The notes below the pieces were generated by a model. The model saw only the letters and a program-made list of their open reading frames with translations, was not told the origin of the DNA and searched no databases. A stretch of DNA of 64,000 nucleotides from the NCBI RefSeq assembly GCF_009914755.1, contig NC_060931.1. One strand, written 5' to 3'. A program made the translations under genes and the position numbers. This DNA is from the human T2T-CHM13v2.0 reference genome, Homo sapiens. Positions 32,192 to 45,745 of this stretch are shown one piece after another (position 1 is the stretch's first letter; every line of letters begins with the position of its first letter).

Positions 32192-32590
32192 ATAGTAGTT
32201 CCTCCTTAATTGCAGTTTTGCTTTCTGCCATTTCAGTTACCTGTGGTCAACCGTCATCCAAAAATATTAAATAAAAAATTCCAGAAGTAAACAATTCATA
32301 CGTTTCAAACGTACACTCCGTTCTATTTTGCCTCAAATGTGACTCATTCCTTTGTCTAGCATTGTATATGCAACCCGCCCATTTAGTCACTTAGTAGCCT
32401 TCTAGGTGATCAGGTCAACGGTCATAGTTTTGTAGTGCTGATACCCAAGTATCCTTTATTTTACTGAACAATGGCCCCAAGGCACAAAAATAGTGATGCT
32501 GGCATATTGTTATCATTATTCTATTTTATTGTTGTTGTTAATCTCTTATTGTGCCTAATTTATAAATTAAACTTTATCATAAGAATATAT
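32192..32590 (+). mobile_element. MER44/Tigger7-like TcMar DNA transposon relic
   Basis: TTTCAGTTACCTGTGGTCAACCG...GTTAATCTCTTATTGTGCCTAATTTATAAATTAAACTTTATCAT matches recalled consensus. Confidence 0.75.
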
Positions 32591-32942
32591 GGAGATGATA
32601 CAGTAAGGGAGCTCAAATGAAGGAGCTGATGTGAGGAAATCATAACTTAGTTGAAATGTGAATGAGTAGCTGCCAACTAGGTAAGGAAGAAAGTAAAATT
32701 TTTTGAAAGCAGAAGGCATGGCTGGGGTAAAGAGACTATAATGAGAACATGGAAAATATGAGGCAAAGGAAGAAAATCATTGTGGCTGGAACAGACAGCA
32801 TGAGAGCCTGGAGAGAAATGTGGAGGTATATGAAGTCACATATAAGGTTAGAAATATAGATAGGCGGTAACAGATGGTTATGTTTTGTCATTGCCCTAAG
32901 ATCAAAGGAAATCACTGAAGGGTTTTTAATTTATGTGTAGAG

Positions 32943-32944
<2 letters not shown>

Positions 32945-32981
<37 letters not shown>
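32945..32981. repeat. (GT)n microsatellite
   Basis: Direct reading. Confidence 0.97.
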
Positions 32982-32982
<1 letters not shown>

Positions 32983-33479
32983 TGTTCTATAGATGAGGAA
33001 TGATATACTTTTGAAAACATTCTCTTTTGCAGGGAAAAATAGTGGATATAGATATTTCATTCTGAAGGCCATTCATGTTAAAAAATGATACTCTCTTGGA
33101 CAAAGGAGACAATGATGGAGTGAAATGCTCTTATGTGAAAGGTATGTAGAAGATAAAATTGACAGGACTTAGTGATAAATCAAATGTGAAGAGTGAAGGA
33201 GAAGGCTATATCTAGGATTATACCAGGCTTTTGGATTTTAAACTGGGCAAATAATAGAGCCTAAATCATGCAAAAGAGAGCTTAAAAGGTGAAACAGACC
33301 CTCCCATCTCCCCTTTACAGGATTCATGAAGAAAATCAGGGTAAAAGATAATCAATAAGAGAAGAGGCGAGTTTCTGGTGCCGAGGGGCTGAGGGAAATT
33401 GGAGTAGCTCATAGGTAAATACTAATTAGTGTACTCTTAAGGGGACCATATCAGTCTTGCATGTTCTGATATATAGCAA

Positions 33480-33946
33480 GAAGTTGTTCTTAGAGCGTCC
33501 TGGGACACCTGAGGTTCCTGAGATCCTTTCAGGGGTCCAGGAGATCAAAACTATTTTCACAGTAATGTTAAGACATCATTTGTTCTTTACACCATGAAAC
33601 TTTCAGATGGCACATGATATGTGATATCCTGAAAGACTGATGGCAAAAGCAAATACAAGACACCCAGCTGTCTTCATTTAAGGTGCCATTAAAGAAAATT
33701 TTTTTAAATGCCAAATTTGTAAAAAGTTGACAATGCCACTGGTTTTACTATTTTCCATTAAAATATATTTATTAATAGCCAATGGCCTTATTGCTATTAT
33801 AAATGAATTAATAAATGTTTTGAATTTTCTGTTTTAATTTCTAATATAGAAAAACATGGATTCATATAATCCACACAGATAATTTGGGCTTCCCAATAAT
33901 GTCAAAGAGTATAAAGGTATCTTCAGTCCAAGAAGTTTGTGAACTG
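33480..33946 (+). mobile_element. Charlie1-like hAT DNA transposon relic
   Basis: CCTTTCAGGGGTCCAGGAGATCAAAACTATTTTCA start and AGTTTGTGAAC end resemble recalled Charlie1b termini. Confidence 0.7.
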
Positions 33947-34041
33947 ATCTAAATACTCAGTGTGATTTCTAAGGGGTATCAATCACAAGAGAGCTTTTAA
34001 ATTGCCAGGCACCTGTTGGAGTTTACTTCATAAAAATACTA

Positions 34042-34290
34042 ATACTGCATGTTCTTACTTAAAGTGGCAGCTAAATGATGAGAACACATGGACACATAGA
34101 GGGGAACAATAGACTGGGGCCCACCAGAGGGTGGTGGATAGGAGAAGGGAGAGGATCAGGAAAAATAACTAATGGGTACTAAGTTTAATGCCTGGGTGAC
34201 AAAATAATCTTTGCAACAAAACCCCATGACACAGGTTTACCTACATGACAAACCTGCACATTTATGCCTGAATTTAAAACTTACAGAAAA
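34042..34290 (+). mobile_element. L1 3' end fragment (older L1PA-like)
   Basis: GAGAACACATGGACACATAGAGGGGAACAA...GGAAAAATAACTAATGGGTAC...ACAAACCTGCACAT. Confidence 0.85.
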
Positions 34291-36434
34291 AATACAATAA
34301 ATTTAACAAACATTATTATTTGTCTCTGAAAAGCAGGAAACTAATATATAGAACCAACTGTTATTCAGAATATGAAGTTATAATCAGAGAAAAACATAAA
34401 AAAATCAGTACTTCATTCAAGCACTATGCAGGACTTCCAATTTTATTACATATTCGTGATGTCTTAAAATTCCATGTGCCCAAAACGCTGTTAAAATTTT
34501 ATACACAGAATATTTGTGGGCTGATGACATTTAGGTATATATCCCCTCCTGAGAAATACAGTGTGAAGGAAGTCTGAAAAGGCCCATCCCAGAGCACCCT
34601 GGCACACATTTGTCAGACAATGAGCAACATTAATTCTTTACTTTTAGTGATACATTGATTGTAACATAGAAGCTTGGAAGCAAAGTGACTAGAACACATT
34701 TGTAGTTCAGCTTTTGAACAAATAAAAGGAGAGCAGTATTCAAACGTTGGCTGGCAGATGTGAATATCCTAATATTAAGGCAGTGTCATCTTTTTCTTTA
34801 CTGGTTTGTGTTAAAAATTCTGAATTTTCTATCTTGTTATAGGCCTTGGTCTGTTTTATTCACTTCTGTATCCCCAGCTACTAGAAAAGTGTTTATTTGA
34901 CATATAATAGCTGCTCAGAAAATATTTATTCAATGAATGCTATGGAGAAAGGGGCAAACAACCCTCTTTGTGTTCTCAACATGCTGGGTGGAATTGCTGA
35001 TGCCCAAGGCTTTTGCTATCCCTGTTCACTTGTGACTTTCCTTGACTTTCCGGAGAAGAATGAACTTAGATGTGCTATGAACAAGGATGCCAAGCACCTG
35101 CATCTCAATATAAGCAGAACTAAACCTGTGATCTTTCTCCTCAAATTAATGCCTCTCTTATATATATGTCATCTACCCAATAATTTTAAAATATTTTAGG
35201 CTTTTCTCTCTCCCTATCCCATTTCCTAGTATAACCAATTTGTCATTATATACTGTACATTCCCCCTTTTGATATTGTTCACATCCTTCCCCACCTTGTT
35301 TTTCTCACTGCTTACTGCCTTAATCACACTCTTTATTTCTTACTGGCCTGTGTTGTATTTTGTGTTGAATAGTCTTTTATTCTTCACCTCATCATACTTC
35401 TCTGAAAGCTTTTTATTCATTGAAATTACATTTTAAGATGTCTTGTGACCTAAGGTTTTAAGAGAAAAATACACACATACAGTGGACACATGCACGTATG
35501 TATACACATATATAGTGTATAGAGATACAATTATCAGTACTCCATAAATTATAAACAGCATGAATATATGTTTAATGTATTTTCAAAGATCTTTTTGTTT
35601 AGTGTCCCCAGGGTTTTTAAACCCCAGGGCAATGAGCTACAGTAAAATTCAGGTAAAGTAGGAAAGAGCGGCAGTGTGGGAGGGTAGAGGTGTTGACATG
35701 CCTGGCTTCTGAGAAACACATGTATCTCAAGAAGGGACCTTTGGGAAAGAATTCACCTGAGAGAAGAAGAGGTGGAACTTGAGCCCCTTAAGCAATCTAT
35801 GCCCAAAGGCCCCTAAGAGAGTCTTTGTGTTTTCCTGGGTCTCATGGACACCAGTTTAGAGATCACTATTCTAGATCACAAATGAGGTAAGATCCCTCCC
35901 TTTGCTTAATTTTTCAGTGTTTCTCATGGCAACTGAATGGGCTACTCTTGGATCTTACTTGATCTGCCTCATATCAACTTAATTTTTCTCAACTTCTTTC
36001 AGTTTTCTGTTTTTACCCCATACCCTACCCATATCAATCATGTACCTTGTCTTGAATTACCATACTGCTCCAGCCATCCATCTCTTTACCCCCTTCCTCA
36101 CTGGCCTAATTGCAACCATTTGCTAAGAATGAAATAAGGATTGTTAACTCTACAATGGAAAGCACCTCTTTGTGGGTGTTAAATAAATGATATTAATTAT
36201 GATTTTCTAATACAGTTAGTATATGATAAAACACGAGTTTAGAAATTCCCCTCCAACTTTCTAGAGAGTAAGTGACATAATCATTATCTTTATTCTTTGT
36301 TTTGGAAACATTGAAAACCCAGAATGAGTTCAGCTGGACTGGACTAAGAGAAAACCAGAAAACTGGCCCAGTTAATGATACGAATAAAAAATAATAATTA
36401 ATTATCTCTTACAACCAGTACAAGTAAATACATG

Positions 36435-37038
36435 TGTGGTCCCCCAGATCCCCACCAACTTGTGTACACACTGCATAATCTTCTCCCCTTGGGTATGGAT
36501 GAAACTTTTGAATACAATGAGAACTACTCTTGTGATTAGGTTATATTATACAACAAAGATGAAGAGATTTTGCATATGTAATTAAAGTCCCTAATCAGTT
36601 GACTATAAGTGAATTAAAAGGGAAATTAACCTAGGCAGGACTGACCTAATTAGGTTAGCTCTTTAAAAGAGAGTCTGGAGGTCAAAAGCTCAAAGCAGGA
36701 GAGATGCTATCCTGTTGGCAGGAGTAAACTGCCATATTGTAGAGAGGGTTATGTGTCAGAGAAAGTTAGGCAGTCTCTAGAAGAATTAAACTGCAGCCTT
36801 AAAACCACAGGAAACTGAATTCTGTCAAAACTAGTGAACTTTAAATGCAACATGGAGTTTTAGATGAGACCTGAGGTGAGGTAGGCACCTTGATCAGGAC
36901 CTTTTGAGACCCTAGCAAGGAGCCTGCCTGAGTTATGGCTGGACTCCTGACCTACAGAAAATATAAGATAATAAACGTGTGTTGTTGTTAGCCTCTAAGG
37001 TTTTGGTAATTTGTTATGCCACAATAGAAAATCAATGC
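36435..37038 (+). mobile_element. MLT1E-like MaLR solo LTR
   Basis: GTAATTAAAGTCCCTAATCAGTTGAC...GGACTCCTGACCTACAGAAA...GATAATAAACGTGTGTTG...GGTAATTTGTTATGCCACAATAGAAAA. Confidence 0.75.
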
Positions 37039-37611
37039 ACAATTGAATCCACCACCAAATTTTTGGTTTTGCATTATAGGCTTTACTATATATGTGAACC
37101 AAAACATTTAAAAGAATATTCATAAAACATTATCTCTTATGGTTTCCAGAATGTCAATTTTATTTCATCCACTTTAATAGAAGTATCGTCTCTTTATAGT
37201 CATATCTATATCTCTTTCATATATGTATTTTTTAAACTAAAAGCTATCCTTTAATAAAATATTTCCAAAATATTCCCAAAGCTCAGAAGACTTTTTAAAT
37301 TTGAGTGATATAGGTTTGGCTTACAAATTCTGGTATCATTTTTTTAGAATTAACACCCTATAAACTCTATCCTCTGCTTAACAAAGACATTGGAATTATA
37401 TAGCATGTTACTTGCATAACTAGCCAGCTCCTTTTTGGACAGAAGAGAAAAAAGAAACCTACTTAATAGCTAGCCAGTGTCATAGTCATTCTATTTCTTG
37501 CCTCTCTCAGTCTCTTTTTAAAAATACCCTAAAGATTGGTTTGGAACTGAAGAGGAGGGCAACATTTGGATTTCTTGGTGTGTGCATGCCAGTTGGGTGA
37601 ATATGCAGGTG

Positions 37612-37630
37612 AGTGTGTATGTGTGTGTGT

Positions 37631-37666
<36 letters not shown>
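37612..37666. repeat. Imperfect (TG)n microsatellite
   Basis: Direct reading. Confidence 0.95.
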
Positions 37667-37669
<3 letters not shown>

Positions 37670-37708
37670 GGTTTTATTCCAGAGAAAATTTATAAGAGTA
37701 CCTAAACC

Positions 37709-38011
37709 GGCCAGGCCTGGTGGCTCATGCCTGTAATCCCAGCACTTTGGGAGGCCGAGGCAGGCAGATCACCTGAGGTCGGGAGTTCGAGACCAGCCTG
37801 ACCAACATAGAGAAACCCTGTCTCTACTAAAAATACAAAATTAGCTGAGTTTGGTGGTGCATGCCTGTAATCCCAGCTTCTCAGGAGGCTGAGGCAGGAG
37901 AATCACTTGAACCCAGGAGGCGGAAGTTGTGGCGAGCTGAGATTGTGCCATTGCACTCCAGCTTGGACAACAAGAGTGAAACTCCATCTCAAAAAAAAAA
38001 AAAAAAAAAAA
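37709..38011 (+). mobile_element. AluSp-like element
   Basis: GGTCGGGAGTTCGAGACCAGCCTGACCAACATAGAGAAACCC; 15-bp TSD AAGAGTACCTAAACC at 37694-37708 and 38012-38026. Confidence 0.93.
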
Positions 38012-38739
38012 AAGAGTACCTAAACCACACATACATACACACACAAAAAATCAGAAGGGAAACAGTTGGTTTATTATACCTAACTGGTGTAGAACAATGG
38101 AAAGACTAATACAATTTAAAAAGCAATGAGTGGAACCAACCCAATCTATGCAGAGAAACACTGTCACAGGAGTCATCTTTTATTTTAAAGGACAAAACAC
38201 ATGATTCAATTTCCTTGGAACACAGTGTTTTACTCTGAAAGGCTTCCAGATTCTTCAGTTATTTATTGTTGTCCAAAGTATTAAGAGTTGTCCAAAACAT
38301 TTCCTTTTATTAGCAGGTCTAGATTGAGAGAGATTTACCTCGGCAGTACCATAGTGTGGATAATATTCAGTTAGGTTTGTTCAGAGGAACTTCCCCATCA
38401 TTCTGCTATAGTGAAATATATGAAAATCAATCCATGCCCTCTTAATTATATATTTTACTCTAGGTGCTGGTGCCTGATCTTATGTAGGTTATTTAGCTTT
38501 ACATGTCTGTCCATATATACATAACTTTATATTATCAGGCCAATTTATAACATTATTATACCTTACTAAATTTATGCAATTCTATTGATTTTAAAGAATT
38601 TTAATATCCAGTTGAAAAAAATTAGCCCTGTATTCAAAGAAATGAAAACATTATGTAATATTGTTTAAGAGAACAGTGAAAATGTGTGACTTAACCATAG
38701 AGGAGAGGACCAAGTTCACAGATTGAAAGGAACAATATA

Positions 38740-39001
38740 AAACACGTTAAAAAATAGTTTTTATTGTAAATTCAGAAAAGCTAGGTAAGGGCCAGCATGT
38801 AGAAAAATGATTGTATGGACTGCTAAAAGACAGATCGAAACAGAATGCAGGCTGGGTACAAAGACAGCGAGAGAGGTAGGGATCAGCTATAAAGATTAGA
38901 GACATCTGTGATAAACTTCTATTAGACTCATTATTCTTCACTGCAGCCTCTGTCACTCACCAGAAGAAGTTCACCATCAGTTGAGAGCCCATGTTATGTC
39001 T
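38740..39001 (-). CDS. HGF: HGF alternative terminal exon 7b (NK2 isoform): codes E-T-stop, then 3' UTR; 3' end approximate
   Basis: Pyrimidine-rich acceptor CCTTTCCTCCCCAG|AGACATAA; exon 7 G + AG ACA TAA gives ...IKTCET*, the known NK2 C-terminus; stop 38994-38996; AATAAA at 38765-38760. Confidence 0.9.
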
Positions 39002-39404
39002 CTGGGGAGGAAAGGTAGGTAAAGGATACAGGATTGGAAGGTAAGGAACTAAGGTCCTAGCTTTTACTCCCCTAATGACTTTGTGATGCTGCACACATTT
39101 CCGATCTTTTTCTCTCTCTGTGGTTTTTTAAATTTTCTTGATAACATTAGAATGTTTAGGCTCTTGCCATAAGTAAAAATGTTTTCTATGGATGTGTGTA
39201 TTTGCATATTTATCACAGTCAAAATAATCAGTCTCCAAAAATGCAAAAGATTGGGTAGGATTATGTAACACATTCTTAAAATATTAAAACCTGCACACAT
39301 TAAAGCATCAAGTTAAATAGTTGTTAACCTGTCTCACTAATAATCGCCTGCTTAGATCCAGTCTGTGAGAGGAAAAGGAAGCAATAAATTTGACCTTCAC
39401 TTAC

Positions 39405-39523
39405 CGCATGTTTTAATTGCACAGTACTCCCAGCGGGTGTGAGGGTCAAGAGTATAGCACCATGGCCTCGGCTGGCCATCGGGATTGCGGCAATAATTAT
39501 CATCAAAGCCCTTGTCGGGATAT
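39405..39523 (-). CDS. HGF: HGF exon 7 (119 nt), second half of kringle 2, [39 protein letters not shown]
   Basis: TGCAG|ATAT acceptor, GCG|GTAAGT donor; manual translation. Confidence 0.98.
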
Positions 39524-41050
39524 CTGCAAACCACACCAAGAAAAGTGTCACGTAAATCTGCCTGGAAACACCACCCACCCCTCAGCTCACAAAATAACTT
39601 TCCACTTAGGTTGTCTACACCTAGCTGGGGAAAGAGGACGTTTTCTATGTTTTGCCTTACGAGGACTGCTGATCACTGACTATTGAATCTACTAATTTAT
39701 ATATCCCACTAAGGACAGAGTATCATCCCCTGGCTAATAAGTTAGGTCTATGTGGTACCTTTCCACTAGCTGAGGTTCCAAATCGAGTCTCTTTCTCTTA
39801 GAACCCACTTAAGGGCAGATTACAAAAACATGACTTCATGTAGAATGCTCATTAAGAAAACAGGTCCTCTTCTAGGGAAGGCTTAAAGTTCAAACTGAAA
39901 GTTCAGTTTCAATAGCGCTGTTACTAATGATAACTCAGTTTTGGAAATAGAGCCCTTCGAGGTCATGCCCTCACCTTCACCAGATCATGAGACAAACTTC
40001 ATCACACTACTTTCTCCACACCCCACCTCCCTTCAAATGAACAGAGTCCTGAATTGGTGACTTGATTTTAATTGCTACCATATCCCTTCTGCTCTCACTT
40101 AAACGACAAGACAAGCATTTATTTGGAAAATAAGCTGGAGTTTTAATTTCATTAAAAATAACACCAAACAAAAAAGAATAGAGAAAAAGAACAAAGAAAA
40201 AACACCTAACAGCAATTTCCAAAGAAAGGTGGGGGACGGAATTTCCTGTGTAATTATTTGTATTTTTATTCTTTATAATCAAAATAAATGAACTTCTTCC
40301 TTTTTTTTCCACCTTAAAAGTTTCATGTAAAATACATGGGCAAAAGTAGACATGATTTTTTTTTTTTTTTTGGCGGAGATGGGTAATAATTTAAGCTCAA
40401 AACCTATTCCTGGGGATAAAAGATAGATTAGTTGCCTGACTTCTCCAAATTGGCTTTTTATATGGGCAATTTCAAAACACACCAGGACAAAGCAACCTGA
40501 ATGGTTTGCTCTACTTTTTACTCCCTATGACCACTACTTATGTCATGCTGTTATGTGTGTGGCCTGCAGTACCTGAGTCTCTGAAGATGCTGCTCCAGAA
40601 GGAGATTTGCCTGCAATTAGTAACAATACCTCTAATCACAGCTAAGACTTGTCAAAGTGGTCATTACTGAATTGGTCCTGTGGTTTGCTTTGGTTTTGTT
40701 TTGTTTCTGCTCTGAGAGAGAAAGAAGCTTCTTTTTGTGCTTCCACTCTATACCCTGCTGATGATTTTGTGTTCAGTACCATGCTGATTTTAGAAACTCT
40801 GACCAGTTGGCTATGTAGTCAGTGTTCTCATGTACCTCATCATAAATCTTTTTGCCCTTAGACTATTTCCTCCAAATATAATGGCCAGAAATTCTGTCAG
40901 AAGAACTCCTGAACATTCTGGGAGTTCTAAATGTTATGTTCATGTCCTATCGGGAAAACATAATATAAAGAGAATTTCCACAGCAGTGTGTCATAGAGTG
41001 AATAATAGTTTGTAAAAGAATCACTGAAAGCATGATTCATTAATATTTTA

Positions 41051-41218
<168 letters not shown>

Positions 41219-43108
41219 TCAAAAACACCACTGTTCCATTTAAAGAACAGCACCTGTTTAGTAAACAGATTTTTAAAAAATCCTACACATCATTCTAACT
41301 TTTTATTAGGGCCTAATGTCTATAAATAGTGACATAAACTACTCCCTATAGAACACATCATACAGTTTAAGTGGGATTTTTGTACTTAGTGTCACACAGA
41401 TTTACTATAGGGCCACGACGCTGTCTATCTATTTTTTCAATAACTGTCTCAAAGGTATCTAGAAAATGGAAATAAAAGACAGATCCTTGGAAATTTTTCC
41501 CGTGTTGGTCTAAAATGCAAAGATCTCAGTATCTATTTGTCAGCACAATAGTGTTTCTCTCTCAATTTGCCCTCCAAATACATACACAGGAAATACAAAG
41601 TTTAATTGAGTTTGTGTCATACTTTTATGGTTAATGACATAATCAAGACCACATAGATTTAAGAGACTGGCTTCATATAGAAATCTGGTGCAATTCAAAG
41701 AATACGGATATTTTTAAAAAATAAATCACAGCTCCTTTCTGTTAGCGAACATCCATGTTGAATAAGCTGGGCAGGTTTACATTCCTGTCTGGCTTAGGAT
41801 AGAAGATGACCTGCTATTGAACTCCATGTTCCCACTCTTTTTAAAATGTATAAGCTAATGTAATTAGGTAGGCTCTTACTGATGATTTTGTGAGGTTAAT
41901 TCATTGTTCTCTTCTGGCTGGCCTCTTATGTCACACAGAAAACTGAATCACATCAATTGCTGAAAGTGAGACTTCTCAAACAGACAGGTTGATTTGTAGC
42001 ACAGAAAGCATCCTGTGGAATAAATCATTGCTTGGCTTTCCTATGAATCAGGCAAACTTCCTTAAACACATCATTTGTATCTTGCAATTACTGATCATCT
42101 AACTTTAGCTGAAGTGGGAAGAGGCATCAATGTTTAGTTTTATCCAACGGAATCTAGCCTAATGAGTATTTGTAGTAATTTGGGATTATAGTATTAGAAT
42201 CATCACTTTTGAATCCTTGATTCTTATAATCTAATAGGGACATTAACTATTAACTTTCTGAAACATGCAACAACTTGGCTTGATCCATCTGCTTTCCTTC
42301 ATTTATATTAATACATTAGCTAAGAGGCCAACTCGGCTTCCCTTCATTTGATACTGAGATTTTCCAGACTACACCCAATAAGCACCTGAACTGTAAATGA
42401 GTGGAGTCCATGAGCATATCAATAAAGGTGCTCAGGTTGGCCAGGGTCATAGCAGTGCTCAACATAGGTGATGCAATGTTACATTTCAGCTTTCCATTTG
42501 AATGCTTAACAGGTTCATTTAGGTATCTCTCTCTTTTTTTAAAGAACACAAATTTTGATACCGTCAAAGAAAATGATGCAGCATTTATCGTTATTTGTTC
42601 CTTCGTGTTGGATGAAATGTACAATAGAGTACTAGGGTCACACATAAAAGATAAGTATTCATATGTACAATTTCTACTCTTGTATAGTACTCAGGAAAGA
42701 GATTACATCTATTATGCCTCCTTCAGCAAATGCAGCTTGTGATAGTATATTCCTTTCTAACGAGGGTGAATAGAATTATTTTCTGGTAATCACTACATTG
42801 AGCAGTATTATAAAAATTTTTCCTTGACTTACACATTTTAATGGTTTTAAGAAAAAATAGCTACATGAATGAAACAGATGGTTCCATAAGATGACCACTT
42901 TCCATTATGAGTGTGGCAGATCAATGCTTGTTCAAATATGAATGTGTGCAAAAACCTCCTTGAGATCCTGTTAAGAGGCAAGTTCTGAGTCAGTGGGTCT
43001 GGGCTGGGGCACTAATAACAAGCTCCCAGGCATTGCTGCTGTTGCTGGTACTTGGACCTCACTTTGCTCTGCAACTTTCTAGATAACAGGATCTATTATA
43101 AAAGTTCT

Positions 43109-43434
<326 letters not shown>

Positions 43435-43704
43435 TTATAAGAGAGACTAGATTTTACTAGGATCTTGAATAGATGAGAGTTGGATAAATTATAAAGGGAC
43501 AAAATAACATAAAATCAGAAGCATAAGTATACTATGTTGATAGTAAAGGGAAGAGAGAGTTATGATTGCAGTTGTGGGCCTAAAAATAAATAAATAAAAG
43601 TTAGCAAGAATAATGTTACATTTTAGAAAGCAATGAAAGTTATTGTTGGGGTGGGAATTAAACATGCCATGATTGAATTGAGATACTTAAATATATTACA
43701 GTTA

Positions 43705-44043
<339 letters not shown>

Positions 44044-44715
44044 TCATCTGATTCTTACAGTGAGGAAAACAAGTCTCACAAAAGTTTTAAGAGACTTACC
44101 TAAAACACAAAATGTTAAACCTGAGCCAGGAACACAAATCTTCTGACCCATAGTCTTAGTATTTTTTTTGCATTATCCCAAACTGCCTTTTTGTTTTATA
44201 TATTTTAACTTATTTCCTACATATTCTAACTGGTTATACTTTATGATATACTGATAGCAATAACTTTAGAAAGTTGGTATCCCTACCCTTTTCAACATTG
44301 TCCTCATTGCCCTCTGCTTTTTTGTTTACAACAGTTAACTTGCTCTCCTGTTGAAGTCTCATCTATTGGAGGAATTGCAGGGAAAGTGCATGGGAATGTA
44401 ACTAGATTGGACACCTTATCCAAAGTCAATGGCTGAAAAGTTGGCTGTTTTACCACGGAATCAAGCCATCAAGTTAGTCATAAGAATTATCTCAAGAAAG
44501 CCAAATTTTTAACTCATATTCACTTTTCAAGCTTTGGGAATTCTCAGATTCTTCTAATTTTTCTTAAAGTCAAGCAGTTCAGGTGAAACCAAGTCCATGT
44601 ATTCAAGGAAACAGGTGAACATATAAACGATGTAACAGTTTATATGTAGGAGTGCCCTTTGGCTCTGTCTATTGCTGTCAGTACATTATTTACCTGCTCC
44701 AGCAAGTTCTCCTCT

Positions 44716-44747
44716 AAAACAAAACAAAACAAAACAAAACAAAACAA
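44716..44747. repeat. (AAAAC)n pentanucleotide repeat, about 6 units
   Basis: Direct reading. Confidence 0.95.
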
Positions 44748-45529
44748 GCTAACTACTGCCCTAGATAGATCACAAAAACTCACAGAGTAATGGTTTCTGT
44801 TCATCGGTTCAATATTTGTTCTAAGTACAGTTCTGGACTGAATAATAGTAGAATACTACAAAAACTGTATATGAATTAGAAAACACAGAGGATTAATTTA
44901 ACAGCTTTCTCATCATACTAACCAACCAAACTTTAAAAATGTGTTTCATTTTTCTCCGTCATAAAACAGGAGTGATATGAGTATACAGACTAAAAGAGTT
45001 ATTTTGAAAGTATCTGAATCTATTTTTAATTAGTGTTTGTTTTATTCCATTAAAGACAGTCTCAGAAAAATCCATACAGGTGATTACTTCAACAAAACTG
45101 AATGTTTAAAATATAAATAGTCTCACAAATTAACATATATAAATAAAAGTTTGTCAAATAAATTATGAGTTGCCATTTAATCTTTGTAACTTGCCATTTA
45201 ATCTTTGTTTTTAAAAGTCTTCACACAGAGTATCGAATTATACACATAAACTTATGTCAGTATTATGTGGGATTTTAAATGTATTGTATTTTTTAAAATA
45301 ATGATTATGGCTTAATTAAAATATATTTACTTGATCATTTGACAATCATTAGAAATGACATCTGTTCCAATGACCAATGATTGTTTTATTTTAAATTTCA
45401 AGCAAACGCTAAAGCAAGAAAATGGATTTTGCATACCTCAACTTTCTAAAACTTTTGAATCAAGCACTAATTATTTTCTCTGTATAACTCTATAAGGTTC
45501 TTTCTTAAAACTGTCCAATAAAAGTCTAC

Positions 45530-45745
45530 ATATTATGTACGACATGATGTTTTGAAGCATATATACATTGTCAGTGGACTAAATCAAACTAGTTAACATA
45601 TGCATTACTTCACATAGCAATTTTGTGGTAAGAACATTTAACATCTAGTCTCTTAGCATTTTTTAAATGTACAATATAATATTATTATCTATAGTCACCA
45701 TTCACACAATAGATCTATTGAACTTATTCCTCTTATCTAACTGGA
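45530..45745 (-). mobile_element. L1M (MA/MB-like) 3' fragment
   Basis: ATGATGTTTTGAAGCATATATACATTG...TATAGTCACCAT...AATAGATCTATTGAACTTATTCCTC. Confidence 0.7.

Noticed and set aside
40366-40381. T-run as a possible transcript end or retrocopy tail
   Set aside because: Genomic homopolymer with no TSD or element body; more likely a source of oligo-dT mispriming
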